Source: Candidatus Omnitrophota bacterium (GTDB lineage: Bacteria > Omnitrophota > Gorgyraeia > 2-01-FULL-45-10). Taken from it: DNA of 64,000 nucleotides. The stretch covers positions 66,023 through 130,022 of the forward strand of contig JAUYOL010000001.1 in NCBI GenBank assembly GCA_030695905.1. The letters are read 5' to 3'. Positions 29,700 through 38,955 of the stretch are shown here, one piece after another (the first letter of the stretch is position 1; each line of letters begins with the position of its first letter). The notes beneath the pieces are model-generated. The model saw only the letters and a program-made list of their open reading frames with translations, searched no databases and had not been told where the DNA came from. The position numbers and the translations under genes are program-made.

Positions 29700-29824
29700 A
29701 GACCTACGCTGTCGGCGATATTCATGGCGCCTACAAGGCATTGATACAGTGTTTTAATACTAAGAAATACTGGCAGTCGGATTTGTCGCCGGAATTATAT
29801 GGCGGGACACTGGACAGATTATAA
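29696..29824 (+). pseudogene. Internally deleted metallophosphoesterase remnant (42 aa)
   Basis: MKTYAVGDIHGAYKALIQCF joined in frame to NTKKYWQSDLSPELY; GDxVDRG and GNH motifs absent. Confidence 0.65.
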
Positions 29825-29870
29825 GGGCCAAGTCGCGAGAGTTGATGATTTATTTTGGACCTCAAATTAC

Positions 29871-30377
29871 ATGAAAAAAGCCATAATCGTTAATGATAAA
29901 ATGCAGAAGAATTTCCGCTATTATCTGACAGAGCCTGCCGGTAAAAATTTCCACCCGGAATTTAAGCCGGAGCTCACCCCGAAAGAAATGCTGGAGATGG
30001 GAGTCTTTGGCGGGAAATACATGACCGATTGTGGAAAGGAATTTCCCGGATCATGGTACAAAAAAGCAAAGCTATGTCCCGAAAAACATGACGCAAACTT
30101 AAATTATTTCGGCATAAACGCGAGCCAGCCTCTTTCTATTTGGAGAAAGAAAGGATGGATATATCCGGATGATCCCCGCGGATGGTTCCAGTGGTATTGC
30201 CGTTATTATATGGGGCGGCGCCTTCCGGGAGAGGATGAGCGCCAGATAAAGAGATGGAAGGCGATAAAAAGACATATCGCTCAAGTTAAGAAAAACTGTA
30301 AGAAACAAGACGCCGCCTGCAGGCCTAGGCAACGGCAGGCAATCCTTCATTGGGCGTATGACAGTAGAACATTATAA
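29871..30377 (+). CDS. Conserved hypothetical protein
   Basis: LTPKEMLEMGVFGGKY, DPRGWFQWYCRYYMGRR, RQAILHWAYD, a recurring uncharacterised family; start likely ATG 29871. Confidence 0.75.
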   Translation: MKKAIIVNDKMQKNFRYYLTEPAGKNFHPEFKPELTPKEMLEMGVFGGKYMTDCGKEFPGSWYKKAKLCPEKHDANLNYFGINASQPLSIWRKKGWIYPDDPRGWFQWYCRYYMGRRLPGEDERQIKRWKAIKRHIAQVKKNCKKQDAACRPRQRQAILHWAYDSRTL

Positions 30378-30391
30378 AGGAGCTAAAGGAT

Positions 30392-30508
30392 ATGAGTAAA
30401 AAAGACAAAAAGATCATTCTTATAGCCCAGCGCAACCCTCAGGCCGCCTTCAGCGCGTTGGACGGACCAGGAGCCGGGATGGGGCGAAGAAGATCACCTG
30501 ATGAATGA
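30392..30508 (+). pseudogene. Short ORF or gene remnant (38 aa)
   Basis: AAAGGA RBS then MSKKDKKIILIAQRNPQ...; no recognisable domain. Confidence 0.35.
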
Positions 30509-30550
30509 GTAGAGATTTTTGGGAAAATCTGCTATAATCTCGTGAAACAC

Positions 30551-30588
30551 GCTGGCGTAGCTCAGTTGGTAGAGCAGCGGTTTCGTAA
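30551..30588 (+). repeat. Left att site: 5' half of tRNA-Thr(CGT)
   Basis: GCTGGCGTAGCTCAGTTGGTAGAGCAGCGGTTTCGTAA identical to 53618-53655; preceded by TGCTATAAT extended -10. Confidence 0.95.
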
Positions 30589-30608
30589 TGGAAACAGGGC
30601 AGTTTTCG

Positions 30609-30729
30609 TAACCCATTGATATTGTTGCAACTGCGTTATTTCACTGTGAGTTACGTCGCAATTCGAGTTGTAGCAATCTGGACGAATCTGTGTCATTCTG
30701 GCTATGTTTTTATCACAAATTTAGCACAA
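30609..30729. promoter_or_regulatory. Putative IHF site and integrase arm-type sites of left att
   Basis: TAACCCATTGATA (reverse complement fits WATCAAnnnnTTR); TATCACAAATTTAGCACAA resembles TAGCACAAATATAGCACAA at 53523-53541. Confidence 0.6.
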
Positions 30730-30741
30730 CGACCCCGCGTC

Positions 30742-30822
30742 GTCATTGCGAGGCCCGAAGGGCCGAAGCAATCTCAATCGCGGTGTAATGATCGCAGTAG
30801 CCGACGTTTTAACGTCGGCTAC
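30742..30822. repeat. Two REP-like palindromes
   Basis: GTCATTGCGAGGCCCGAAGGGCCGAAGCAATCTC and perfect hairpin GTAGCCGACGTT-TT-AACGTCGGCTAC. Confidence 0.6.
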
Positions 30823-30898
30823 GTCTGTATAGATGCATAGAAGTGGGGTTATTTGCGTCCACGTCGCGTCTGGCGGGCATGATCAGGTCAGTCTATGC

Positions 30899-30985
30899 TT
30901 ACGGGTCCTTGGAAGGGGGGTCGGGGTGCGGGTCGGGCGAGGCGCAGGTTGTCAGTGATTTCAGGTTTGAAAAAGCGTGTCCATG
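30899..30985 (+). other. Lambda-like cos packaging site, copy 1
   Basis: TTAC-GGGTCCT (cosQ) then 21 nt then 12-mer GGTCGGGCGAGG flanked by TGCG/CGCA symmetry. Confidence 0.65.
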
Positions 30986-31181
30986 TCAATTCATCTAAGG
31001 ACACACTATCAGCATAGGTGATTTGGGACGTCCTTTCCGTCGGAGAATGGCAATATTTTGCGTCAAAAATTATCATCGCCGGGAGGGCCAAAACAGCCGT
31101 TTTTAGGGACATTTTGCTGATTTTTAAGAAATTTTTTATTACAAGTTTGTTATCATTTGTAACAAAGCGTATAGGTGATTT

Positions 31182-31415
31182 ATGGAAAACGGTTACTACG
31201 AGACATATACAGTGCGAGAGATCGCCAAGCAGTTTAAAGTCCATCCCTACACTGTCCGAAGACTGGCAAGGCGGAAGAAGATCCCCGCCTTTCGATTCGG
31301 CGGCCAGTGGAGATTTCATAAACTCGACATCGAGCGATGGGCAGCGTCCTACCCCATAAGTATCAAACCTCTGCCGGTGTTCTCACCACTCGATATAAGC
31401 AGCCATGTTCGCTAA
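31182..31415 (+). CDS. Excisionase-like HTH_17 DNA-binding protein
   Basis: YTVREIAKQFKVHPYTVRRLARRKKIPAFRFGGQWRF. Confidence 0.82.
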   Translation: MENGYYETYTVREIAKQFKVHPYTVRRLARRKKIPAFRFGGQWRFHKLDIERWAASYPISIKPLPVFSPLDISSHVR

Positions 31416-31591
31416 AAATAGATTAATGTTCACTCAGCCCTTAATGTTCACTAAACAGTGAACATTAGGGTGTGGGCGTCTTGTCGCAAAAACTGTATAC
31501 TTTTTGCGACATAAATTAAGGCCATGTCCCGCTATCTTTAATTCTGCATGAATGTTACATATAATGTAATAAAAACGACAGGAGATTTTCG

Positions 31592-31620
31592 TTGACTTAC
31601 CCTGTGATTCGTGCTATAAA
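31592..31620 (+). promoter_or_regulatory. Sigma70-type promoter for cargo operon
   Basis: TTGACT-N17-TATAAA with extended -10 TG. Confidence 0.65.
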
Positions 31621-31634
31621 GTGCAATAACAGCA

Positions 31635-31853
31635 ATGGAGGATAAAATGTCAAAGATAGGAGCCTCACACATGGATATCGTAAAAAAATTAGAGCTGTAT
31701 CGCTTGGAGAATAAGATTACCCAGCAGGCATTGGCTAAAGAGCTTGACGTAGCCTTTTCTACTGTCAGTAGGTGGTTTAACGGCAAGACAGTTCCCAGCA
31801 AAATTCAGCAGTATCATGTAGAAAAGTATCTGAGGAAGAAGGTGGGAGTATGA
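31635..31853 (+). CDS. XRE-family HTH regulator
   Basis: ITQQALAKELDVAFSTVSRWFNGKTVP; start may be downstream ATG. Confidence 0.85.
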   Translation: MEDKMSKIGASHMDIVKKLELYRLENKITQQALAKELDVAFSTVSRWFNGKTVPSKIQQYHVEKYLRKKVGV

Positions 31854-33205
31854 AATTCACAGAAAGCGAAATCGTAGAGCTCAAAACATCGACATCAGAG
31901 CTCAAAGAGGCGATCATTTCATTGGGGGCCATGTTGAACAAGCATGGCAAGGGCACAGTTTATTTCGGCATCGGTGATAATGGTGCCGTTTTGGGACAAC
32001 AGATCGGCAAATCAACCATAAAAGATGTTTCAAAAGCCATCAGTGATTGGATTGAACCCAAGGTTTATCCTGATATTCAGGCCAAGAAAATACAAGGCAA
32101 GGACTGTATTGTTGTTAAAGCCAGCGGACATGATGTCGTGTATTCGGCCCGCGGACGATACTATTTACGGATGGGAGAGGAAGATAAGAAACTTTCGGTT
32201 GATGAACTAAGGCATCTGGTTGAAAAGAAAAATAACTATGCCTATTCATGGGGTGCTGAGCTTTCTAATTTTTCACTATCAAAGGTTAGCGTTGCGACGG
32301 TTAAGAAGTTTGTTGAGAAAGGCCGCAAGGCCGGACGTATTGAATACGCTTATGATTCGGCGCATAACGTCCTTAATAAAATTCACCTACTCAAGGGTAA
32401 AAGATTGCTTAACGCGGGTCGGGCGCTATTTTGTGAAGACAGTGGTGTTGAAGTTCAAGCGGCTGTCTTTGCCGGTAAAGATAAAACGACATTCGTCGAT
32501 ATTCAGAGTTTTCGCGGGCCTCTTTTTAGTTTGATCGAACGGTGCGAAGTTTACGCCAAAGAACACATTAACTGGCGCGCTGATCTTTCCGGTAGCACAA
32601 GGGTGGAAATCCCGGAGGTTCCCGTCCGTGCTATGAAGGAAGCTATTATCAATTCCCTTTGCCACAGAGATTTTTATAATCCTAAAACGAACGAGATCGC
32701 TATTTATCGAGATAGGATCGAAATTTATAACCCCGGCCAGTTTCCTTTTGACCATGATCCGGACGAGTTCATCGCAGGTCATGGTAAAAGCTATCCCAGA
32801 AACCCACTGATTGCGGAAGCTTTTTATCTGGCTAAGGATATTGAGCGGTGGGGGTCAGGCTTGCGGCGTATCAAGGAAGAATGCGATGCCGCGGGTGTGA
32901 AGGTTGCCTTCGAGAAGGTATCTACCGGCTTTCAGGTGACGTTTTATCGGTCAGAAGCCGACACTACCCCTCAAAAGGGCGGAGAAACTGGGGAAAAAAC
33001 TAGGGTAGAAACTAGGGTAGAAACTAGGGTAGAAATAATCAAAATTATGAAAGAAAATCCTCGCGTTACAGTAGGAGATATTGCGAAGGCGACGGGATTG
33101 ACCATAAAAGGCGTTGAGTGGAACATCAAGGATCTTAAGCAGAAAGGCTTGATTAAGCGTATCGGACCTAATAAGGGCGGCCATTGGGAAGTGGTGACGC
33201 AATAA
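31850..33205 (+). CDS. Schlafen/AlbA_2 - HATPase_c_4 - wHTH protein (often called RecG-like ATP-binding)
   Basis: ESEIVELK...N..GKGTVYFGIGDNG, EAIINSLCHRD, IEIYNPG, RNPLIA, IERWGSG, RIGPNKGGHW. Confidence 0.85.
   Translation: MKFTESEIVELKTSTSELKEAIISLGAMLNKHGKGTVYFGIGDNGAVLGQQIGKSTIKDVSKAISDWIEPKVYPDIQAKKIQGKDCIVVKASGHDVVYSARGRYYLRMGEEDKKLSVDELRHLVEKKNNYAYSWGAELSNFSLSKVSVATVKKFVEKGRKAGRIEYAYDSAHNVLNKIHLLKGKRLLNAGRALFCEDSGVEVQAAVFAGKDKTTFVDIQSFRGPLFSLIERCEVYAKEHINWRADLSGSTRVEIPEVPVRAMKEAIINSLCHRDFYNPKTNEIAIYRDRIEIYNPGQFPFDHDPDEFIAGHGKSYPRNPLIAEAFYLAKDIERWGSGLRRIKEECDAAGVKVAFEKVSTGFQVTFYRSEADTTPQKGGETGEKTRVETRVETRVEIIKIMKENPRVTVGDIAKATGLTIKGVEWNIKDLKQKGLIKRIGPNKGGHWEVVTQ
32985..33035 (+). repeat. 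In-frame 12-bp tandem repeat
   Basis: AAACTAGGGTAG x3 plus one degenerate unit, encoding TRVE repeats. Confidence 0.85.
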
Positions 33206-33450
33206 TGATTCTCGTCCTCGCAGGGAATAAAGATGAATTCGAAAAGTTTTTGGAGAACCACGAGCCTAAAAACATTTTTAGATTTATCAGCAATGATTCG
33301 GATTATGCAGGGCATAAGAAATGCGATCTACTTCGTATCGGGTCTTACGAAGACAATCCATTGTGGAAAGACATGGATAAGCGGAAAATGTTAAATAAAT
33401 ATTGCTGTTCGAACGAAATTGACATAAATGATGCTTATTTGCGTAGATAA
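33205..33450 (+). CDS. Hypothetical protein
   Basis: TAATG translational coupling to upstream gene; 81 aa. Confidence 0.55.
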   Translation: MILVLAGNKDEFEKFLENHEPKNIFRFISNDSDYAGHKKCDLLRIGSYEDNPLWKDMDKRKMLNKYCCSNEIDINDAYLRR

Positions 33451-33615
33451 TGCGCAATTAGTGCACGATTAGTTAATGAGCCATAAATGAGCCAAATGCG
33501 CCAAAGGGGCGCTAATGGGGCGAAAGGGGCAGTAAGGTTCGATTGCACGATTTGGACGAATAGTGCACGATTGGCCTAAGGGGACATAAAGGGGACAAAT
33601 GAGCAGGGTTTTATT

Positions 33616-34161
33616 ATGAACTATTGGTGGACATCAGATTATCACTTTTCGCATTTTAATATCATTCGCTATTGCAAGAGGCCTTTTGAGACGGCTGAAG
33701 AAATGAATGAAACGATCATCCGCAAGCATAATGAGCGGGTTAAGCCGGACGATACAGTTTTCTTTCTGGGCGACTTCATCTTTAAAGGTGGGAAAGAAGG
33801 TGGTGTAGAGAAATACCGGCAGTTCGAAAAGAGGCTGAATGGTAAGTTTATTTTCATCAAAGGCAACCACGACCGGCATAACAGCCTCAATACGATTATC
33901 TCGAAGATGTATATTCATTATGGCTCTAAGGATATTTGCATGACGCACCGGGCCGAGGACGCGGACCCGAATGTGCCATGGAATTTCTGCGGGCACGTTC
34001 ATGAGAAGTATAAGGTGAAACGTTTGAACGAGAATTCCATAATAGTGAACCTTTGTGTTGAGGTGTGGGATTATTATCCGGTCGCGTTTAAACAGATCAG
34101 TTCCGTGATTGCAACATTCATAAAGGAAGAGAAAAATGGTGTGTCGCAGGATCAGATATAA
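33616..34161 (+). CDS. Calcineurin-like phosphoesterase (phage/MGE type)
   Basis: SDYHF.H.NII, LGDF, GNHD, GHVH. Confidence 0.88.
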   Translation: MNYWWTSDYHFSHFNIIRYCKRPFETAEEMNETIIRKHNERVKPDDTVFFLGDFIFKGGKEGGVEKYRQFEKRLNGKFIFIKGNHDRHNSLNTIISKMYIHYGSKDICMTHRAEDADPNVPWNFCGHVHEKYKVKRLNENSIIVNLCVEVWDYYPVAFKQISSVIATFIKEEKNGVSQDQI

Positions 34162-34207
34162 ATTGGAGTAGATTTTATGGATACAAAAATAATGAGGAGT
34201 ATTTCTT

Positions 34208-34735
34208 ATGCCAATGATTAAATGTACTGATGAACAAGCTCATTTAATAGAATTGTGTTTGGAAACCATGTGCAGAGCTACCATGGGTCAACTAAGGCAT
34301 GTTATCGAATCTATGGAGCAGATTAGAGGAAAATTATTTGAGGTGAAATGTCCGGATGGAGAAGTGCGAAGTTTTTATTCTCTTGGAAGCTATATAGAAT
34401 AAATGATAAAACCCATCCTTTTTCCGGAGTTATCCTCTAATGAAAGTTATGGAGTTGGGCAGAAGGCCATTGGGAAAGGGCAGGTATTGTACGAAATGGA
34501 AAAGGTTTTGCAAAATTACCGTGCCAAAAAGGACAATCATCCTAAAAATTCAGTTACTTGGCATGAGCCTTTACACTACAGTAAAAAACCATTGATTGAG
34601 GTTATGAAATTACAGAATGAGATGAAGCAGGTTAAGAAGAAGAAAATGGTTCAAAGGGCTCACAATGCGTTCAAAAGGGGCCCGGCGAGCGTAGTTAAAC
34701 GAAAGGGTTATCGTAAATTGAAGGGCAACCATTAA
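34208..34735 (+). pseudogene. Hypothetical gene split by an in-frame TAA (or two abutting ORFs)
   Basis: ORFs 34208-34402 and 34403-34735 are in the same frame: YIE-TAA-MIKP; only the first has an obvious RBS. Confidence 0.55.
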
Positions 34736-34912
34736 GGATTTCTTAATAGTTCAAATTAGCCAATAACCTGTTGGCCAAATGGAAGCAAGGCAAGAGATAA
34801 TATGCGTTACTTGTTCTATATCAAAACAAGTAAAACTTAACAAGTTGATTTACATAGAGTTACAGCATTTTTACTTGGTTTTTCGTTGAAGTGAAGAACA
34901 TAGAAGAGAAGA

Positions 34913-35167
34913 ATGGCAAAAGAAGCATTGGAGTTATGGCAGGCCCTACCGACGGATACAAGATGCATGCTTTTGAGCAACGTCTGGTGCGGTGAGTGCC
35001 GGAAGGCGGTGACCATTGTCGATTATCATGCGGAGTTAAAGGGCGTAGTGGTCCTGCAGGGCTTCTGCGGCACCTGCGGGCATAAGGTAGCTCGGGTCAT
35101 CGACGATCTGGCCCCGGCTCCAAAGAGGACGAAGCAAGGCAATAAGAGAAAATACAGAAAATATTAG
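34913..35167 (+). CDS. Small zinc-ribbon hypothetical protein
   Basis: NVWCGEC and [15 protein letters not shown]. Confidence 0.7.
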   Translation: MAKEALELWQALPTDTRCMLLSNVWCGECRKAVTIVDYHAELKGVVVLQGFCGTCGHKVARVIDDLAPAPKRTKQGNKRKYRKY

Positions 35168-35189
35168 ATGCTTACAGAAAGGGCCAGGC

Positions 35190-36725
35190 ATGGCAAAAAA
35201 TAAGAATACAAATGGTGATTTGAACTTTGAGCCGAAGCTGTGGCAGACGGCTGATAAGATGCGTAATAACATGGACGCTGCCGAATATAAGCATGTGGTG
35301 TTAGGGCTTATCTTCCTTAAATATATATCAGATGCCTTCAGTGAGCTTTATCAGAAATTAGCTGGTACCAAAGGCGCGGACGCTGAGGATCCGGACGAAT
35401 ACAGGGCCGAAAACGTATTCTACGTCCCAAAAAAGGCCCGATGGGATTATCTGCAGAAAAACGCGAAACAGCCCACCATTGGCAAGTTTATTGATGATGC
35501 AATGGATGAAATCGAGAAGGATAACTCCACCCTGAAAGGCGTTCTTCCTAAAAACTATGCCCGGCCGGCCCTTGATAAACAGCGTCTCGGAGAACTCATC
35601 GACCTTATTGGGACAATTGGCCTTGGTGACAAAGAAAATCGAAGCAAGGACATCTTGGGCCGTGTATATGAGTATTTCCTGGGCCAATTTGCGGATGCGG
35701 AGGGCAAGAAAGGCGGACAATTCTATACTCCGCGCAGTATAGTGCGCTTGCTTGTCGAAATGCTCGAGCCATATAAAGGTCGGGTATTTGATCCATGCTG
35801 CGGATCGGGCGGCATGTTCGTCCAAGGCGAGAAATTTGTGCAGATACATGGTGGCCGAATTGGCGATATTGCCGTATATGGACAGGAATCAAACCAAACA
35901 ACATGGCGTCTTTGCAAAATGAATCTTGCTATTCGTGGTATCGATGCCAACATCGCATGGAACAACGAAGGCAGCTTCTTAAATGACGCTCACAAGGACC
36001 TTAAGGCCGACTTTGTCATCGCTAACCCTCCGTTTAACGACAGCGACTGGAAGGGCGAACTTTTACGCGAAGATATTCGCTGGAAATATGGGACGCCACC
36101 TATGGGCAATGCAAACTTTGCATGGGTTCAACACTTCATTCATCATCTTTCACCCACAGGGCTGGCTGGCTTTGTCTTGGCTAATGGCGCTATGTCGTCT
36201 AACGCTTCAGGTGAAGGCGATATCAGAAAAAGTATCATAGAAGCAGATATCGTGGATTGTATGGTGGCCCTACCCTCACAGCTTTTCTATAACACTATGA
36301 TACCGGCATGTCTTTGGTTTATCGTGCGTGATAAGAAAAATCACAAATTCAGAGATCGACGCGGTGAAACACTTTTTATCGACGCTCGCAATATGGGCGC
36401 CATGATCGACCGCAGGCACCGCGAACTTACGGACGACGATATTACCAAGGTCGTTGGCACATATCATGCTTGGCGTAGCAAGGGTGGTAAATATAAGGAT
36501 ATAGCCGGATTCTGCAAATCAGCGAAACTATCAGAAATTCAAAAGCATGGCCACATTCTCACCCCGGGCCGTTATGTGGGGGCTGCTGAGGTTGCGGAGG
36601 ACGATGAGGTATTTGAAAATAAGATGAAGCGTCTCACGGGTGAGTTGTCAGAGCAGTTTAAACAATCGGATAAGCTTGAGGCAGAGATCAAAAAGAATCT
36701 CAAAGGCTTAGGATATGAAATTTGA
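35190..36725 (+). CDS. hsdM: Type I R-M methyltransferase subunit
   Basis: [38 protein letters not shown]. Confidence 0.96.
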   Translation: MAKNKNTNGDLNFEPKLWQTADKMRNNMDAAEYKHVVLGLIFLKYISDAFSELYQKLAGTKGADAEDPDEYRAENVFYVPKKARWDYLQKNAKQPTIGKFIDDAMDEIEKDNSTLKGVLPKNYARPALDKQRLGELIDLIGTIGLGDKENRSKDILGRVYEYFLGQFADAEGKKGGQFYTPRSIVRLLVEMLEPYKGRVFDPCCGSGGMFVQGEKFVQIHGGRIGDIAVYGQESNQTTWRLCKMNLAIRGIDANIAWNNEGSFLNDAHKDLKADFVIANPPFNDSDWKGELLREDIRWKYGTPPMGNANFAWVQHFIHHLSPTGLAGFVLANGAMSSNASGEGDIRKSIIEADIVDCMVALPSQLFYNTMIPACLWFIVRDKKNHKFRDRRGETLFIDARNMGAMIDRRHRELTDDDITKVVGTYHAWRSKGGKYKDIAGFCKSAKLSEIQKHGHILTPGRYVGAAEVAEDDEVFENKMKRLTGELSEQFKQSDKLEAEIKKNLKGLGYEI

Positions 36726-36755
36726 AAGCTAGAGAATATTATTCCGATAGTAAAA

Positions 36756-37619
36756 ATGGCGGTTTTTATGTATGCATATAATTTTAAACCGAAACAGAAA
36801 GCGATAAATTTTAAAGAAATTTTTGTTGTAATGCCATTCGGAAGCAAATACGACGATATTTATGAGAAATTGATTGTGCCAGCAACTGAAAAAGCGAATG
36901 GCATACTGTCTTATAGTGGTAGTCAGCGGTTGCTTCCCTACAGATCCAAAGATGATATACGAACAACTTCTGGCTGGATTAATGTATTAGAGCATTTATT
37001 AACGGCGCAAATAGTTCTCGGGGTCCTTACTGATAATAATCCTAATGTGTTTTATGAGCTGGGGATAGCGCACGCTACAGAACCAATTACTCGTCAAATC
37101 CTCGTAGCGCCGAAACAATATGAGCGGCAATTTGATTTAAAAGATCTTATTTACTACGAGTATGAAGATGAGCTTGATAAAAGTATTGACCCATTGGCTA
37201 GTCGAATAGCAGACGCTATCAAAAGCTACAACATTGATGAGGAAAAAAAGATTAACCAAGCACGAATGCTCATCGGTCCTTATGAATTTGAGGTGCTGAT
37301 GACGCAGGGAAGCAAAAGGAACTTTGTATTGCATACATCAGTAAAAGGCCGTGAAGACTACGAGAAAGAACTTTTGGCAAGGTTGGGCGAAGAACATTTA
37401 AAAGGAGCGTTTGAAAGGCATGTTCCTGCAATAGCCAATCTTTGTAGCCACGGGTTTCTTGGCCTTCACACATCTTCCGAACGAAAGGACGATAAAACCG
37501 TTGTTCATTTTTCTTATCATTGGACAGAGTTAGGCAATAGCTTACTTTATTTTATGAAATTAATACCGATTGAGGAATTGAGAGCTAGGCGCGATGGAAT
37601 GCCAGCATATTTTGATTAA
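36756..37619 (+). CDS. TIR/nucleoside-deoxyribosyltransferase-like domain protein
   Basis: FVVMPF...NPNVFYELGIAHA...FDL motif; inserted between hsdM and hsdS. Confidence 0.65.
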   Translation: MAVFMYAYNFKPKQKAINFKEIFVVMPFGSKYDDIYEKLIVPATEKANGILSYSGSQRLLPYRSKDDIRTTSGWINVLEHLLTAQIVLGVLTDNNPNVFYELGIAHATEPITRQILVAPKQYERQFDLKDLIYYEYEDELDKSIDPLASRIADAIKSYNIDEEKKINQARMLIGPYEFEVLMTQGSKRNFVLHTSVKGREDYEKELLARLGEEHLKGAFERHVPAIANLCSHGFLGLHTSSERKDDKTVVHFSYHWTELGNSLLYFMKLIPIEELRARRDGMPAYFD

Positions 37620-37623
37620 ATCT

Positions 37624-38937
37624 ATGAACAAAAATTTCAAACAAACAAAACTTTGTGAAACTCCTGAAGGGTGGGATATCCAAGCCATTGCGGATTTACC
37701 CATTGAGATTATTGATGGTGATCGAGGGCTAAATTATCCTAAGAAAGATGAATTTAAAAAACAGGGGTTTTGTCTATTTCTTAGTACTAAAAATGTCCCA
37801 GGAGAACATTTTGATTTTACCGAAGCTGATTTTATTAACGAGGAACGGGATCGTCTCTTACGAAAAGGTAAATTAAAAAAAGAAGATATTGTCCTTACAA
37901 CGCGTGGCACAGTAGGTAATATTGCGTATTATCATGAACAAATTCCTTACGAACACATTCGTATAAATTCTGGAATGGTTATAATTCGCAATATGGGAGA
38001 CAAATTTGATACGGGTTATCTATGCCATCTTTTGAAAAGCCCTATAGTGAAACAGCAATACCTTAGCTTTGCTACTGGATCGGCACAACCACAGTTGCCG
38101 ATCAGGGATATTAACAAAATTAGACTAACAGTACCTTCTATTTTAGAACAGCGTGCCATTGCCAAAATCCTTTCTGACCTTGATGATAAAATAGAACTCA
38201 ATCACCGGATGAACAAAACCCTCGAATCCATCGTGCAGGCGACTTTTAAGCGGTGGTTTGTAGATTTTGAATTTCCAGATGAACATGGTAATCCATATAA
38301 AACATCTGGTGGAAAGATGACTGACTCTGATCTCGATGAGATCCCTGATGGATGGACTGTTAAGGAAATATCTGATTGCGGAGAAATTGTATGTGGAAAA
38401 ACACCTCCGACGGTTGACAAAGACAATTATGGCAATGATTTATTCTTTATAACCATACCAGATATGCGCGGGCAAGCGTTTGTAATAAAAACGGAACGAA
38501 AACTCTCTAAAAAAGGAGCTTCGACGCAAAATAAAAAAGAATTGCCGGCTCTAACTATTTGCGTAAGTTGCATTGCGACCCCCGGCCTAGTTTCCTTGAC
38601 CAGCGCCCCCAGCCACACAAACCAACAAATTAACAGCATTGTTTGTAATAAAAATATTAGCCCATTTTTTATGTACTACACAATGCTTTATAAGAGTGAA
38701 GAAATAAAGACTATGGGCCTTGGTGGTACCGCAACGCTAAATCTTAATACGGGAAATTTTGCGCGCATTAAAATAGTCGTACCGGAAAAGACAATCACGG
38801 ACGCTTTTCATAAAACAGCAACACCTTTTATGGAAAAGATTTTGTCTAATTTGAAAGAAAATGAAAGTCTTTACATTATTCGCGGTTCTCTTTTACCAAG
38901 GTTAATGTCAGGAAAAATAAGGCTAGGTAAAAATTAA
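37624..38937 (+). CDS. hsdS: Type I R-M specificity subunit
   Basis: PEGW, GSAQPQL, EQRAIAKIL..LDDKIELN, IPDGW, LLPRLMSGKI; two TRDs. Confidence 0.95.
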   Translation: MNKNFKQTKLCETPEGWDIQAIADLPIEIIDGDRGLNYPKKDEFKKQGFCLFLSTKNVPGEHFDFTEADFINEERDRLLRKGKLKKEDIVLTTRGTVGNIAYYHEQIPYEHIRINSGMVIIRNMGDKFDTGYLCHLLKSPIVKQQYLSFATGSAQPQLPIRDINKIRLTVPSILEQRAIAKILSDLDDKIELNHRMNKTLESIVQATFKRWFVDFEFPDEHGNPYKTSGGKMTDSDLDEIPDGWTVKEISDCGEIVCGKTPPTVDKDNYGNDLFFITIPDMRGQAFVIKTERKLSKKGASTQNKKELPALTICVSCIATPGLVSLTSAPSHTNQQINSIVCNKNISPFFMYYTMLYKSEEIKTMGLGGTATLNLNTGNFARIKIVVPEKTITDAFHKTATPFMEKILSNLKENESLYIIRGSLLPRLMSGKIRLGKN

Positions 38938-38955
38938 TTTTATAGGAGGCGGCAA

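Noticed and set aside
30616-31359. ORFs 30616-30840, 30888-31319 and 31018-31359
   Set aside because: No protein motifs; they run across att arm sites, REP-like hairpins and the cos-like site
37624-38937. Phase-variable hsdS shufflon
   Set aside because: Only one hsdS, with no silent TRD copies or flanking inverted repeats seen
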